A DNA stretch of 64,000 nucleotides, from positions 28,419-92,418 of the IMG/VR virus record IMGVR_UViG_3300020048_000073; one strand, written 5' to 3'. The DNA is from a virus. The notes under the pieces were generated by a model. The model saw only the letters and a list, made by a program, of their open reading frames with translations, ran no database searches and had not been told where the DNA came from. The stretch's first letter is position 1. Each line of letters opens with the position of its first letter. The position numbers and the translations under genes were made by a program. Positions 33,609 through 43,318 of this stretch are shown here, piece by piece.

Positions 33609-34899
33609 CACAAGACCTGATACTCTGTGTATGGCGCCATGGACTCACACGTACCTTAGTCCACAAACAGAACGTAGACTATGTTGCGCCTCACGTGAGC
33701 CAGCCCAAAATTTTGAACAATACATAGATACTGCATCTGGCACTGGCAAATACACTCCTATTACATTAGATGAACACTGGAATAGTGAGCACATGAAATC
33801 AGTACGCCGACGTATGATGGCAGGCGAATCTCTACCTGAATGTAATGTGTGTGATAACAAATTACTCAACACCGACGTTTACCGCACGTATTTTACTCAT
33901 CTATTTGAACACAAATACGAAGAACTGTGGCAAACAACCGATGAAACAGGTTACACTACAATGAAACCTGTTAGTTGGGATTATCGTTTTAGCAACCTAT
34001 GCAATTTTAAATGTCGCATGTGTGGTGACATGCTGTCTAGTTCTTGGGAATCAGAACAACGTACTAATAATATGATTGACTGGAACAACAAAAAAAATAA
34101 TTGGATGTTGCCTGCTATTCGGGAAGAGATAACTAAATTTCAAGATACACAAATAGAAAAAGAATTTAGTGAAGCAGTAGAAGAACACCGTGTAGAGGAA
34201 GTGTACTGGGTGGGTGGCGAACCTCTAATGTACGAACAACACTGGCGGTACATGAAACGTATTGTGGATTTAGGCGATGGTCCGCGGGTCTACGCAAGAT
34301 ACAATACTAATCTTAGTCGCATTGATTATCGCGGTGTAAATTTGTTCAGAGATATTCTTTCTCAAATACGAGATTGGCAAGTGTGTGCGTCACTTGATGG
34401 AACTGGTCAGGTAGGAGAATACATTCGCACTGGATTAAAATACAAAGAATTTGTAGAAAATTTTAAACAAGGCATGAGTTATGCAAGACATCCTAGACAA
34501 ATGCGTTTAGATTTTACACTTACGTTACCTGGGTTATTTGAGATAGAAAACATAGAGCAACTGGCACAAGAATTAAACACTTTGGTTCTTGCTAAGGTGG
34601 TGTTTGCCTTCACTCCAGACATTATTATGAGCCCGTTAGCATTACCCAAGCATATTCTACATCGTAAAATAGATGAACTTTTGCCTAGCACTACTGGCGC
34701 ATTACATTCAACCTTAGTAAACCTCAAAAATCGTCCCACTTTTGAAGAACAATGGCCTGAAGAGTTTTCCAAAGGACTTGCTAAAGGCAAAGCTCGTGTG
34801 TTACAATTAGAAGACGTCCGCCACGATAACTACAAAATGGCAGACATATTAAAAAAAGATAAGGAAATTTATGAGTGGTGGCAAGCAATATCTGGATAG
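33595..34899 (+). CDS. Radical SAM protein with N-terminal SPASM/twitch-like domain
   Basis: CNFKCRMC and VGGEP. N-terminal CMAPW..LCC..CNVC. Confidence 0.9.
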   Translation: MKKPDTRPDTLCMAPWTHTYLSPQTERRLCCASREPAQNFEQYIDTASGTGKYTPITLDEHWNSEHMKSVRRRMMAGESLPECNVCDNKLLNTDVYRTYFTHLFEHKYEELWQTTDETGYTTMKPVSWDYRFSNLCNFKCRMCGDMLSSSWESEQRTNNMIDWNNKKNNWMLPAIREEITKFQDTQIEKEFSEAVEEHRVEEVYWVGGEPLMYEQHWRYMKRIVDLGDGPRVYARYNTNLSRIDYRGVNLFRDILSQIRDWQVCASLDGTGQVGEYIRTGLKYKEFVENFKQGMSYARHPRQMRLDFTLTLPGLFEIENIEQLAQELNTLVLAKVVFAFTPDIIMSPLALPKHILHRKIDELLPSTTGALHSTLVNLKNRPTFEEQWPEEFSKGLAKGKARVLQLEDVRHDNYKMADILKKDKEIYEWWQAISG

Positions 34900-35983
34900 A
34901 ATACAAATTGTCCTTAAAAATGATGATAAATTTGATCTACGTCCTATCTACATAGATGTGTTTGATAATTCGCTATCTCGAAAGTGGTTGTCTGCACTAA
35001 ATCACCTAATTAAAAATAATTATCATTTAGAAAAAAATTATTGTTTTTTTGGCTTTACTGAAAATTCTCGAAACGCACATTATCTTGTTTCGCAAATTAA
35101 TGAATCTATTGCCAATATTAATCAGGCTCGGTTAGGCTACGTTATTGATGATGTTTTTACAGTAGATAACACAATAATAACCGAGCAAACAATAAGTCCT
35201 GGCGGATTGATAGAAAGTGCTTGTTGTTTGAATCACAAAAAAATGAATAGTCTACACAGATACTTTGAAGATTTACAAGGCACAAGTGAATCAATAAGTA
35301 GCTTTTACAAAAAAGCAGATAGTACTACTCGATGGCATATTAGACAATTAAATTTGTTATGTCATGAATATGAATCGTTAGTGTTGAGTTTAAACAAAGA
35401 AGCAACGGCTCCTATGTGGAAACGTCCTAGTCAACTCATGTGTTGGCTTAAAAGTCCTAAATTTGTGTTAGATGAAGCAGATTATGACCTATTTGGTGTT
35501 GATACAATACCCCGCTCATTAGGTGGAGTGTTTGTTGGTGTCAACAAAACTATCGGCAAACATCACTGGGAGGTTTTTAATGATGAAGGACGGGATAGTC
35601 GAGTCAATGAGCTAACAACTACTGCTATGCGTGGACAAACGCAAGCAACTGGTGATTTTGATATTGAATGGGCTAACAACCCTGGCAATTTTCCTTGGAT
35701 GAAAAACAAGTTGGATGATTTTAAACAATGGTTAGTGATTAATGGGTTTGATCCCAACGATAAAACACTAACGATAGGTCATCCTCAAGTAGGACAGGTT
35801 GATTTATTGGATAGCTTTGAAACTACAGATTATCAACGTATTTGGCGAATGCTTGGGACACATCTTAATGTACACAGCATTAGCACATCTGATGCGTTTG
35901 CTGAGTATGACTACAATTGGTATGACTCTGACTATGTTAGCACGCAAATTAAAATATTGGAGGCACAATGCGTTGGATTTTAA
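34871..35983 (+). CDS. Hypothetical protein in modification operon
   Basis: 370-aa ORF overlapping both neighbours. No motif recognised. Confidence 0.7.
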   Translation: MSGGKQYLDRIQIVLKNDDKFDLRPIYIDVFDNSLSRKWLSALNHLIKNNYHLEKNYCFFGFTENSRNAHYLVSQINESIANINQARLGYVIDDVFTVDNTIITEQTISPGGLIESACCLNHKKMNSLHRYFEDLQGTSESISSFYKKADSTTRWHIRQLNLLCHEYESLVLSLNKEATAPMWKRPSQLMCWLKSPKFVLDEADYDLFGVDTIPRSLGGVFVGVNKTIGKHHWEVFNDEGRDSRVNELTTTAMRGQTQATGDFDIEWANNPGNFPWMKNKLDDFKQWLVINGFDPNDKTLTIGHPQVGQVDLLDSFETTDYQRIWRMLGTHLNVHSISTSDAFAEYDYNWYDSDYVSTQIKILEAQCVGF

Positions 35984-36069
35984 ATATTATTGACCGTATT
36001 AAATTAGAGATTAGATACAGGCGCAAGTTGAAGGAATTACGTAAAAGAGACCCGTTTAAATACAAATGA
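35968..36069 (+). CDS. 33-aa basic peptide coupled to the carbamoyltransferase (not in ORF track)
   Basis: GGAGG RBS. MRWILNIIDRIKLEIRYRRKLKELRKRDPFKYK*. ATGA overlap with 36066. Confidence 0.65.
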   Translation: MRWILNIIDRIKLEIRYRRKLKELRKRDPFKYK

Positions 36070-37562
36070 AATTAGCACCTCCAATTAACATACTTGGTAT
36101 TAGCGCAGGTTTTCATGATGCGGCGGCCACAATGATTAATACTCATGGTGATATCTTATTTGCTGGGCATTCAGAACGTTACAGTAAAATTAAAAACGAC
36201 CCCGACATCAGCACTGGGTTATTAAAAGAAATTGATCTAAGTGAAGTAACTACTATTGCTTATTATGAACGTCCGCTGGCTAAACAACTACGTCAATTTT
36301 ACTCTGGTCAAGGAATAGAATGGAATAAACTCACCGCTAAACATATTCTTCGGCAACAACTTGGACACATTACACAGTTTAACATTAAAAACTACAATCA
36401 TCATTTATGTCATGCGGCAGCAGGGTTTCAAACGAGTGATTTCTCCCGTGCCACCGTAGTTGTTATTGATGCAATAGGGGAATGGGATACTATTAGTATT
36501 TGGGGTGCGGAATACAATAACGGTAACGCAAAGTACAAAAAATTGTGGGGGCAAAAATATCCTCACAGCATAGGATTATTTTACACAGCAATCACTGATA
36601 GAATAGGGTTGAAACCTATGGAGGATGAATACATTACAATGGGCATGAGCGCATACAGTACCCACGGTAATGCGTATGCTATTGCTATGAAATCATTGTT
36701 AGTAGACAGCGTAGATGATTTAACATTTAAGCATAATTTACACGCAGGTGTGGATGAAGATTTTATGTACAACACTTCTAATGAAGATTTAGCTGGTGCC
36801 GCACAATTAGTAGTAGAAGAATTAATTTACAGTGTAATGCAAAGAGCAAAAAACTTTGGTTGGAGTAATAATTTAGTTTACATGGGTGGAGTAGCCCTTA
36901 ACTGCCTCGCTAATAGAAATTTAGGTGAATATTTTGAAAAAATTTGGATTATGCCTTGTCCTGGTGACGCTGGCAGCAGTCTTGGTGCTGCCTTATTGGC
37001 CTACGGAAAACAAGTCAATTTTACAGATGCGTTCCTTGGTCATTGTATCCCAGGAGACTATCCTGTTGATGCCGTTCTTGGTTGCTTACTCAGTGATAAA
37101 ATCGCTGGAGTTGCCTCTGGACGTGCTGAATTTGGACCAAGGGCCTTGGGTAATAGAAGTCTCCTCGCCGACCCCAGAGGACTTAATATAAAGGATCGAG
37201 TAAATGAAATTAAACGTAGACAAAAATTTAGGCCGTTTGCGCCAGTTGTATTGGCAGAGCATGTTAATGAATTTTTTGATATGCCCTGTGGCTTCAATAA
37301 TAGTCCTTACATGCAGTCAGTCGCTCGTTGCCGCAGGCCTGACGCTTTTCCTGCTATTGTTCATGTGGATGGTACTAGCCGAGTACAGACTGTTGCGGAT
37401 AACGGAAGCGGCATTAGGCAGCTCTTAGAAGCTTGGTACAAAGAAACAGGATGTCCTATGTTGTTGAATACCAGCCTGAACATACGCGGTGAACCCATGG
37501 TCAACGACCGTGCAGATGCTGATCGTTTTGAAAAACTGTATGGCATACGGGTTTTTTCGTAA
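36066..37562 (+). CDS. O-carbamoyltransferase, NodU/CmcH/TobZ family
   Basis: FHDAAA, HHLCHAA, GGVALNC, EFGPRALGNRS, FRPFAP, HVDGTSRVQTV, LLNTSLN. Confidence 0.95.
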   Translation: MKLAPPINILGISAGFHDAAATMINTHGDILFAGHSERYSKIKNDPDISTGLLKEIDLSEVTTIAYYERPLAKQLRQFYSGQGIEWNKLTAKHILRQQLGHITQFNIKNYNHHLCHAAAGFQTSDFSRATVVVIDAIGEWDTISIWGAEYNNGNAKYKKLWGQKYPHSIGLFYTAITDRIGLKPMEDEYITMGMSAYSTHGNAYAIAMKSLLVDSVDDLTFKHNLHAGVDEDFMYNTSNEDLAGAAQLVVEELIYSVMQRAKNFGWSNNLVYMGGVALNCLANRNLGEYFEKIWIMPCPGDAGSSLGAALLAYGKQVNFTDAFLGHCIPGDYPVDAVLGCLLSDKIAGVASGRAEFGPRALGNRSLLADPRGLNIKDRVNEIKRRQKFRPFAPVVLAEHVNEFFDMPCGFNNSPYMQSVARCRRPDAFPAIVHVDGTSRVQTVADNGSGIRQLLEAWYKETGCPMLLNTSLNIRGEPMVNDRADADRFEKLYGIRVFS

Positions 37563-39565
37563 TGTTTGATGTATTTTATATTGGTACTCAACCCAACCTA
37601 TTCCCTCATGAGCGCCCAGTTGAGTCTTTGGAACATGCCAGGCAACTCAGTACCACACGATATTGTTGGGTAATAAATAATTTTGTAGACTACACTGATT
37701 TTGATTTCACATGGGAGCCCGTTCCTTGGCAAGCAAGTTATATACACGTATGGCCTTCACACTGGACTCAATTTCATGGACTATGTTTAGTTCCAAAAAA
37801 TGAAGAAACTTTAAACTACCATTATCACACCCAGATTTTACCACCACGAATCCGCAAAGAATATTTTAAAACATTAATTCCTTGTGATTTTGACAATACA
37901 TGGACACCGCATCCGTGGGATTCCCCCTACATATATGTTTTTGGTAATCAATGGTACAGAGCTGAAATAATGCCCACAATAGAATACCATGTGCCTAACG
38001 CAACAGAGCGAAAATATGTAGATTACCCTAGGGCAATACTGAAACCCGAAATGACTCATTGGCATGTGCCTAATGACATTGATTGTGAACAATTTGACTT
38101 TAGTTGGCGTCCTGATCCTGGCAGCCCAGCTTACAAATATCATTTTGCAACACAGCATCAAAAAACTGGTGGGCCACAATATCATGTTCCTGGTGCCATT
38201 GATATTAAATATGTTGATCAAATCCAAGCCAAGACATCAAGCAAAGCGTCTGCTATTTACGAAATAGATCATTTAGATGGAAACGCCGGAAAAATACCCA
38301 ATACAACAAAAATGTCAAGATATTTTGACAATTATTTAGACACATTAAAACGTATTGCTAACACAGTGCCACCTGAACATGAATTTGTATGGATATGTAG
38401 TAGTATTTGTGACTACACAGATTTTGATTTTACTTGGCATCCCGAGCAATGGCAAGCCACTATGTTACATGTATTTGCCAGTGACGGACAAAAATTTGGC
38501 GACACTTTTTTTATGCATGTGCCAACTTTTAAATTGCGAACAGAAAGATTAGAACTATTGGATTGGTACGATATTAATTTTGTGGGTACGAGTGTATTAC
38601 GAAGACCGCTTCCAATAATTTATCATAACTTTGATACTCACGTTGAAGCGGTTAAAACTATAAATTTTTCAGGGCCATTGGCTATTTACACAACACAAAA
38701 AGCAATTGATAATCTAGCTGTTCCATCTGTACCGTTGTGGAGAGAAAAAACCAAAACAGTTGTGCCGTTGAGTCCAGGGGCAAGTGTTTGCATTGTACCT
38801 AAGATCAGTGTTCCTGTGATTAAAAAACAACTTTATGATTACGCACATATTGATCGCACGCAACGCCACATGTTTATCGATGAACCTTTAGACATAGTGT
38901 TTATAGACAACGGTGAACCCAACGCCGAGTACAATTGGCTACAACTGCCACATACTTCAATTAAAAATCGCATACATCGTAGCAGTGGAGTCAATGGTCG
39001 TGTATCAGCCTATCAAGCTGCTGCTCAGTTGTCAACAACTCCGTGGTTTTTTGCTGTGTTTGCTAAATTAGAGGTCAATCCATCTTTTAATTGGGACTGG
39101 CAACCTGATCGTATGCAACAACCTAAACACTACATCTTTCATGCTCACAATCCTGTCAACGATTTAGTGTATGGTCACCAAGCCATGATTGCTTACAATA
39201 AACAATTGGTGTTAGAAAATACTGCACAAGGTCTAGACTTTACTCTAGATCAAGAGCATGAAGTAGTTCCTATCCTGTCGGGTATGGCCAATTATGATGT
39301 AAGTCCTTGGATGGCTTGGCGTACAGCATTTCGCGAATGTATTAAATTGAAACATTCATTACCTGACGTAGAGAACGAGTATCGATTACGCCAATGGCTT
39401 ACGGTTGATCACACTAGTTTAAAATGGAGTCAAAAAGGTGCAGAAGATGCTGTAGAATATTATGAAGCGGTTGGGGGAGATTTTGTCGAACTTAAAAAAA
39501 GTTATGATTGGAACTGGCTAGCTAGTTATGCTATGATAAAGAGGAATCTAACACCGAATCAATGA
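37562..39565 (+). CDS. Multidomain glycosyltransferase-like protein with internal repeats
   Basis: Five FD.(T/S/D)W.P...(H/Y).F/W-type motifs. C-terminal GEPNA...AWRTAFRECIKL is homologous to 25761-26687. Confidence 0.65.
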   Translation: MFDVFYIGTQPNLFPHERPVESLEHARQLSTTRYCWVINNFVDYTDFDFTWEPVPWQASYIHVWPSHWTQFHGLCLVPKNEETLNYHYHTQILPPRIRKEYFKTLIPCDFDNTWTPHPWDSPYIYVFGNQWYRAEIMPTIEYHVPNATERKYVDYPRAILKPEMTHWHVPNDIDCEQFDFSWRPDPGSPAYKYHFATQHQKTGGPQYHVPGAIDIKYVDQIQAKTSSKASAIYEIDHLDGNAGKIPNTTKMSRYFDNYLDTLKRIANTVPPEHEFVWICSSICDYTDFDFTWHPEQWQATMLHVFASDGQKFGDTFFMHVPTFKLRTERLELLDWYDINFVGTSVLRRPLPIIYHNFDTHVEAVKTINFSGPLAIYTTQKAIDNLAVPSVPLWREKTKTVVPLSPGASVCIVPKISVPVIKKQLYDYAHIDRTQRHMFIDEPLDIVFIDNGEPNAEYNWLQLPHTSIKNRIHRSSGVNGRVSAYQAAAQLSTTPWFFAVFAKLEVNPSFNWDWQPDRMQQPKHYIFHAHNPVNDLVYGHQAMIAYNKQLVLENTAQGLDFTLDQEHEVVPILSGMANYDVSPWMAWRTAFRECIKLKHSLPDVENEYRLRQWLTVDHTSLKWSQKGAEDAVEYYEAVGGDFVELKKSYDWNWLASYAMIKRNLTPNQ

Positions 39566-40613
39566 TGTATTCAACTTCGAGGTCTGATAATTCTGGATAC
39601 ATAGGTAACGACAATACACGTCTACTTAATGCACTGGATACACTTAAAATATCAGGACTTGAGTAAGAACTGTATGCAGGTAACTCATGTAACGGTTCTT
39701 TGTAGTGTATTCTTGTTTCAATGTGTTTAAGATCTAAATTACGTTGTAAAATATCTCTATTGTCTGTTTCAATAACAAATTTATGATAAGCATGCGTTTC
39801 AAAATTTTTCGTATCTATCAAACTTCTTATGCCGCTGTTTTTTAATCGGCTTATCCAGTAACGAGCTATTTCAGCTCGACGTTGTTGCCAAGAGTCAATG
39901 TGTTGCGTTTTAACCATCATTTGCGCACATTCTATTTCACTCATGCGACTGTTGGTTCCAATATTTGTATGTTTAGGTTTGCCGTTGTTGGTCCATTCCC
40001 TAGCAAATTCCAATAAATCAATATCATCAGTTACTACAGCACCGCCGTTACCGTAAGCATTTAGATTTTTCATTGGGTCAAAACTGATAGCGCATGCATT
40101 ACCAACGCGAATGCCCTTATTAGCCAACCAGTGTTGCGCACCGTCCTCAATAATTAATTCAGTAGACCAAAAACGATCACTAAATTGCTCAACACTAGCG
40201 CCATACAGTCCTACCAACACAATAGCGTGTACGCTTAAATCTGTAGGTATTTTTTTGCTGTCTAATATGCCATACTGATCTGTATCAGCTATGTACACTT
40301 CCCATCCGGCACGTATAAATGCATTGGCAGTGGCCACATAGGTCATACTAGGAATCACTGCTCTAGGTGGTGTCACACTTGTTTGTTGTCGATAATATTC
40401 AGCGATTATTTCTAATGCCTGACTACCTGAATGACATGTTACGGCATATTTGCAATTATTGCGTTTAGCTAACCAGTTTTCGAATTCAACGGTGTAATTA
40501 CCGCTCATGAGCTGACCTGAACGCAATACTTCGTCAGTAATATCTAATATTTCTGTACGGAGATTATTGTATTGTTTTTTAAGTCCGGTGAACGGAATTT
40601 GCAAGCCAGGCAT
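39531..40613 (-). CDS. DegT/DnrJ/EryC1/StrS PLP-dependent nucleotide-sugar aminotransferase
   Basis: SGSQAL, TYVATANA, IEDGAQ, SFDPMKNL.AYGNGG, LSLPMYP. Confidence 0.92.
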   Translation of the reverse strand: MPGLQIPFTGLKKQYNNLRTEILDITDEVLRSGQLMSGNYTVEFENWLAKRNNCKYAVTCHSGSQALEIIAEYYRQQTSVTPPRAVIPSMTYVATANAFIRAGWEVYIADTDQYGILDSKKIPTDLSVHAIVLVGLYGASVEQFSDRFWSTELIIEDGAQHWLANKGIRVGNACAISFDPMKNLNAYGNGGAVVTDDIDLLEFAREWTNNGKPKHTNIGTNSRMSEIECAQMMVKTQHIDSWQQRRAEIARYWISRLKNSGIRSLIDTKNFETHAYHKFVIETDNRDILQRNLDLKHIETRIHYKEPLHELPAYSSYSSPDILSVSSALSRRVLSLPMYPELSDLEVEYIIDSVLDSSLS

Positions 40614-41547
40614 AATATTCTTTAAATCCTTGTTCTATATTTGTTTGTGGAGCATATCCAAAATCTTGATGTGCTTTATTGATATTTAATTGTCCTCGAC
40701 TAGGAAAATTATTATCCGGATCATTAACACAAATTGTTCCTTGCCCAGCAAGTTCAACTGCCAATTTGGCCGCTTCTAGTAAAGTTTTAGACTGCCCTCG
40801 AGCAATATTGTAAATGCTGTTGTTAGTATCGTCACTAATACTTGCGGCAACTATTCCGTCTGCTACATCGTCTACATACGTAAAATCCAAACTTTCGTTG
40901 CCACCATTTACTTGTATCTCGCCACCGTGTCTGGCCGCAAGTAAAAACTTACTGACTACGCGATCCTCTACATCAAGTGGACCGTACACCGCGCTGGGTC
41001 GAATAATAGTGTAGTTAAGCCCGGTGCGACGTTGATAGTCTTGAACTAACCATTCTCCCGCTAGTTTCATAATGCCGTATTGTCCCAATGGATGACACTC
41101 GTGGTTTTCATCTATGCCATCTAAATATTCATTACTGAAGTTACCGTATACCATGCTAGAACTAATGTAAACAAATTTTTTAACTCCGTGCTCAACACTG
41201 GCTTCTAATAAGTTAAGTAAGCCTTCACTCATGATGCGACTGCCCCATTGAGGATTTTTATTAACTACTTTTTGTCTTGGAAAACTAGCCAGATGAATAA
41301 CAATGTCGGGCTGATGTTCACGCATCAACCAAGAAATTCCTGCTTGATCCACAATATCAATTGTGTAAATTCTATCAGTTTTTATTTTTTTGCGACGATT
41401 AGCTATTAGATAATCTAATTCAGTTTTGGGTATTATCCCATATGTGGTTTGAGTGTCAGTTATTACACAGGTATGACGTTGAGCTTCTAATAATGCCACT
41501 ACATTATGCCCAATAAATCCTAATCCTCCAGTTACTAAAATTTTCAT
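40579..41547 (-). CDS. NAD-dependent nucleotide-sugar epimerase/dehydratase
   Basis: ILVTGGLGFIG Rossmann motif, SSSMVYG, YGIMK (YxxxK), DFTYVDDVA. Confidence 0.93.
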   Translation of the reverse strand: MKILVTGGLGFIGHNVVALLEAQRHTCVITDTQTTYGIIPKTELDYLIANRRKKIKTDRIYTIDIVDQAGISWLMREHQPDIVIHLASFPRQKVVNKNPQWGSRIMSEGLLNLLEASVEHGVKKFVYISSSMVYGNFSNEYLDGIDENHECHPLGQYGIMKLAGEWLVQDYQRRTGLNYTIIRPSAVYGPLDVEDRVVSKFLLAARHGGEIQVNGGNESLDFTYVDDVADGIVAASISDDTNNSIYNIARGQSKTLLEAAKLAVELAGQGTICVNDPDNNFPSRGQLNINKAHQDFGYAPQTNIEQGFKEYYAWLANSVHRT

Positions 41548-43055
41548 AATTGATTTTTTGCCTGCGCTAGTTCCGGTATGTAATCAACTAAATTTGATTG
41601 TCTAGACTGATCTAACATGTCGTTAAATTTGTAAAACTTAGTCAATTGTTCTACATTTATTTGATACATGGGGTTTTTGTAATATTCCAGTAACACATCC
41701 ACTTGACTTTTGATACTTCTACCGTTGTTAAAATAAACTTTGGTTTTTTGACATAGTTCCATAGATTCTATTACCATTTCTGGGCAAGGGTGGTTGTAAG
41801 GCATAAAAATATCCTCCTCCCCAGTGGCAACATTTACTAAACATCCTGATTCAGGAAATTCACTATCATAAAATTCAAATAATTCATGCATTCGAGTAAT
41901 ATTCCACATGGAAAAAACTGTTTGTAACGACACAGTGTGCCCGCGTTGCCTTAATATTCTACTGTTATCGATTACCGTGTCAAAATCTGATCCCCATCTT
42001 ATGTAATCGTTTACTTGTTTGTATCCATCAATACTTAATGCAAAGCAAACATTACTAAAATGATCTAATAGTTCTAGTAATGTGTCACTAATTTTAAGTC
42101 CGTTGGATCCAATGTTAAATTCAAAATTAGTAGCATTGTCAGCAATACATTTACGTAAGAAATCGTAAAATTCTGGCATAATAGTAGGTTCGCCACCGCC
42201 AATGTAGATACTAACTGCTGATTTAAAATCTATTTTGTCAAATGGAGTGTTATTAAACTTAAACTCCTTGTAATTTCGATAGCCTATTAACTTCCATTCT
42301 TTTTCTATTAGATGACTATGGTGTGGATCACACGTTCTACACATAATATTACATTTATTACTGGGCCTTATTTCATACATCAACGGTGATTTTATTTTTA
42401 AAAAATCTTCAACTGATGTTGCACCTATGCGTTGTGCCCACTCTAATGTTTCAAACTGTCTAGTGCTTTCTTGACCTTCTGCCTCACGAGCGTAACAGTC
42501 ACTACACCTTTCAGGCATAAGTTCACCGTTTAACATTTTATTGCGTATGATATTGTATTCTGGATCAGTACTCCAGTCTTGAATATCAGATAATTTTTTG
42601 ACAGGAACTACTTTTTTAGGGCAATGCGATGTAAAATCTGTATAATTTATTAGACTAAGAAAAGGATAAAAACAAAAACTTTTATTTTTGTTTAGATAGT
42701 CACGCCAGTACAACATATTTTTAGCGGAAAATGTGTTTTTGTACTCAACATTGACCCCTAGCTGTTCTAAGTCTTGACATAATCGTAAAGTAGTCAATAG
42801 AGTTTTGGCATGAGGATAACTATCGTGCGGTTGATCTAATAACATTATTTTATCAAATTTATTTGCTAGATTTGCAATTGCGCCTGGACTTAAATCCACC
42901 ACAGTGGTGTGGTAATACCCTGGTTGACTGATTTCAGATAATTCATTAATCAACAATCCGTGGTTAATAGTGGTGTTGCTGGTAGCAAGTGCTGTTACTT
43001 GTAAATCAGTGTCAACTGTTTCGTTACCCAGCACCAGTATTTTTTTGTTAAACAT
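41544..43055 (-). CDS. Radical SAM protein with extra N-terminal domain
   Basis: CNIMCRTC and GGGEP. CFYPF...CSDC precedes the SAM domain. Confidence 0.88.
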   Translation of the reverse strand: MFNKKILVLGNETVDTDLQVTALATSNTTINHGLLINELSEISQPGYYHTTVVDLSPGAIANLANKFDKIMLLDQPHDSYPHAKTLLTTLRLCQDLEQLGVNVEYKNTFSAKNMLYWRDYLNKNKSFCFYPFLSLINYTDFTSHCPKKVVPVKKLSDIQDWSTDPEYNIIRNKMLNGELMPERCSDCYAREAEGQESTRQFETLEWAQRIGATSVEDFLKIKSPLMYEIRPSNKCNIMCRTCDPHHSHLIEKEWKLIGYRNYKEFKFNNTPFDKIDFKSAVSIYIGGGEPTIMPEFYDFLRKCIADNATNFEFNIGSNGLKISDTLLELLDHFSNVCFALSIDGYKQVNDYIRWGSDFDTVIDNSRILRQRGHTVSLQTVFSMWNITRMHELFEFYDSEFPESGCLVNVATGEEDIFMPYNHPCPEMVIESMELCQKTKVYFNNGRSIKSQVDVLLEYYKNPMYQINVEQLTKFYKFNDMLDQSRQSNLVDYIPELAQAKNQL

Positions 43056-43301
43056 TTATTCTAAATGCCCCCAGCGTAAAATAAATTCCACCGCCTGTGG
43101 TTGCTCTAGATTGCCGGTAATTGACACTCGATGCCCATAACTATATGGATCAGGATCAGTCCAGTATTTTATGTCGCTAGCATTAAGCATACACCATTGT
43201 CCTTTTTCAGTCTGTTGCCACTCATAAATGGGCTGAGCGATGTAGATATCAATATCTTCTACATCGCCCATTCTAAATTGGTGTAACTTAATCACATTCA
43301 T
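43056..43301 (-). CDS. Small hypothetical protein (C-terminal F.LRW family)
   Basis: 81 aa ending AVEFILRWG. TTGTAA-N17-TACAAT promoter 5 nt upstream. Confidence 0.65.
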   Translation of the reverse strand: MNVIKLHQFRMGDVEDIDIYIAQPIYEWQQTEKGQWCMLNASDIKYWTDPDPYSYGHRVSITGNLEQPQAVEFILRWGHLE

Positions 43302-43318
43302 ATGCTATTGTAACATAT

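Noticed and set aside
39531-39565. 35-bp overlap of convergent genes as an antisense system
   Set aside because: Short 3' overlaps are common in compact phage genomes, and there is no further signal.
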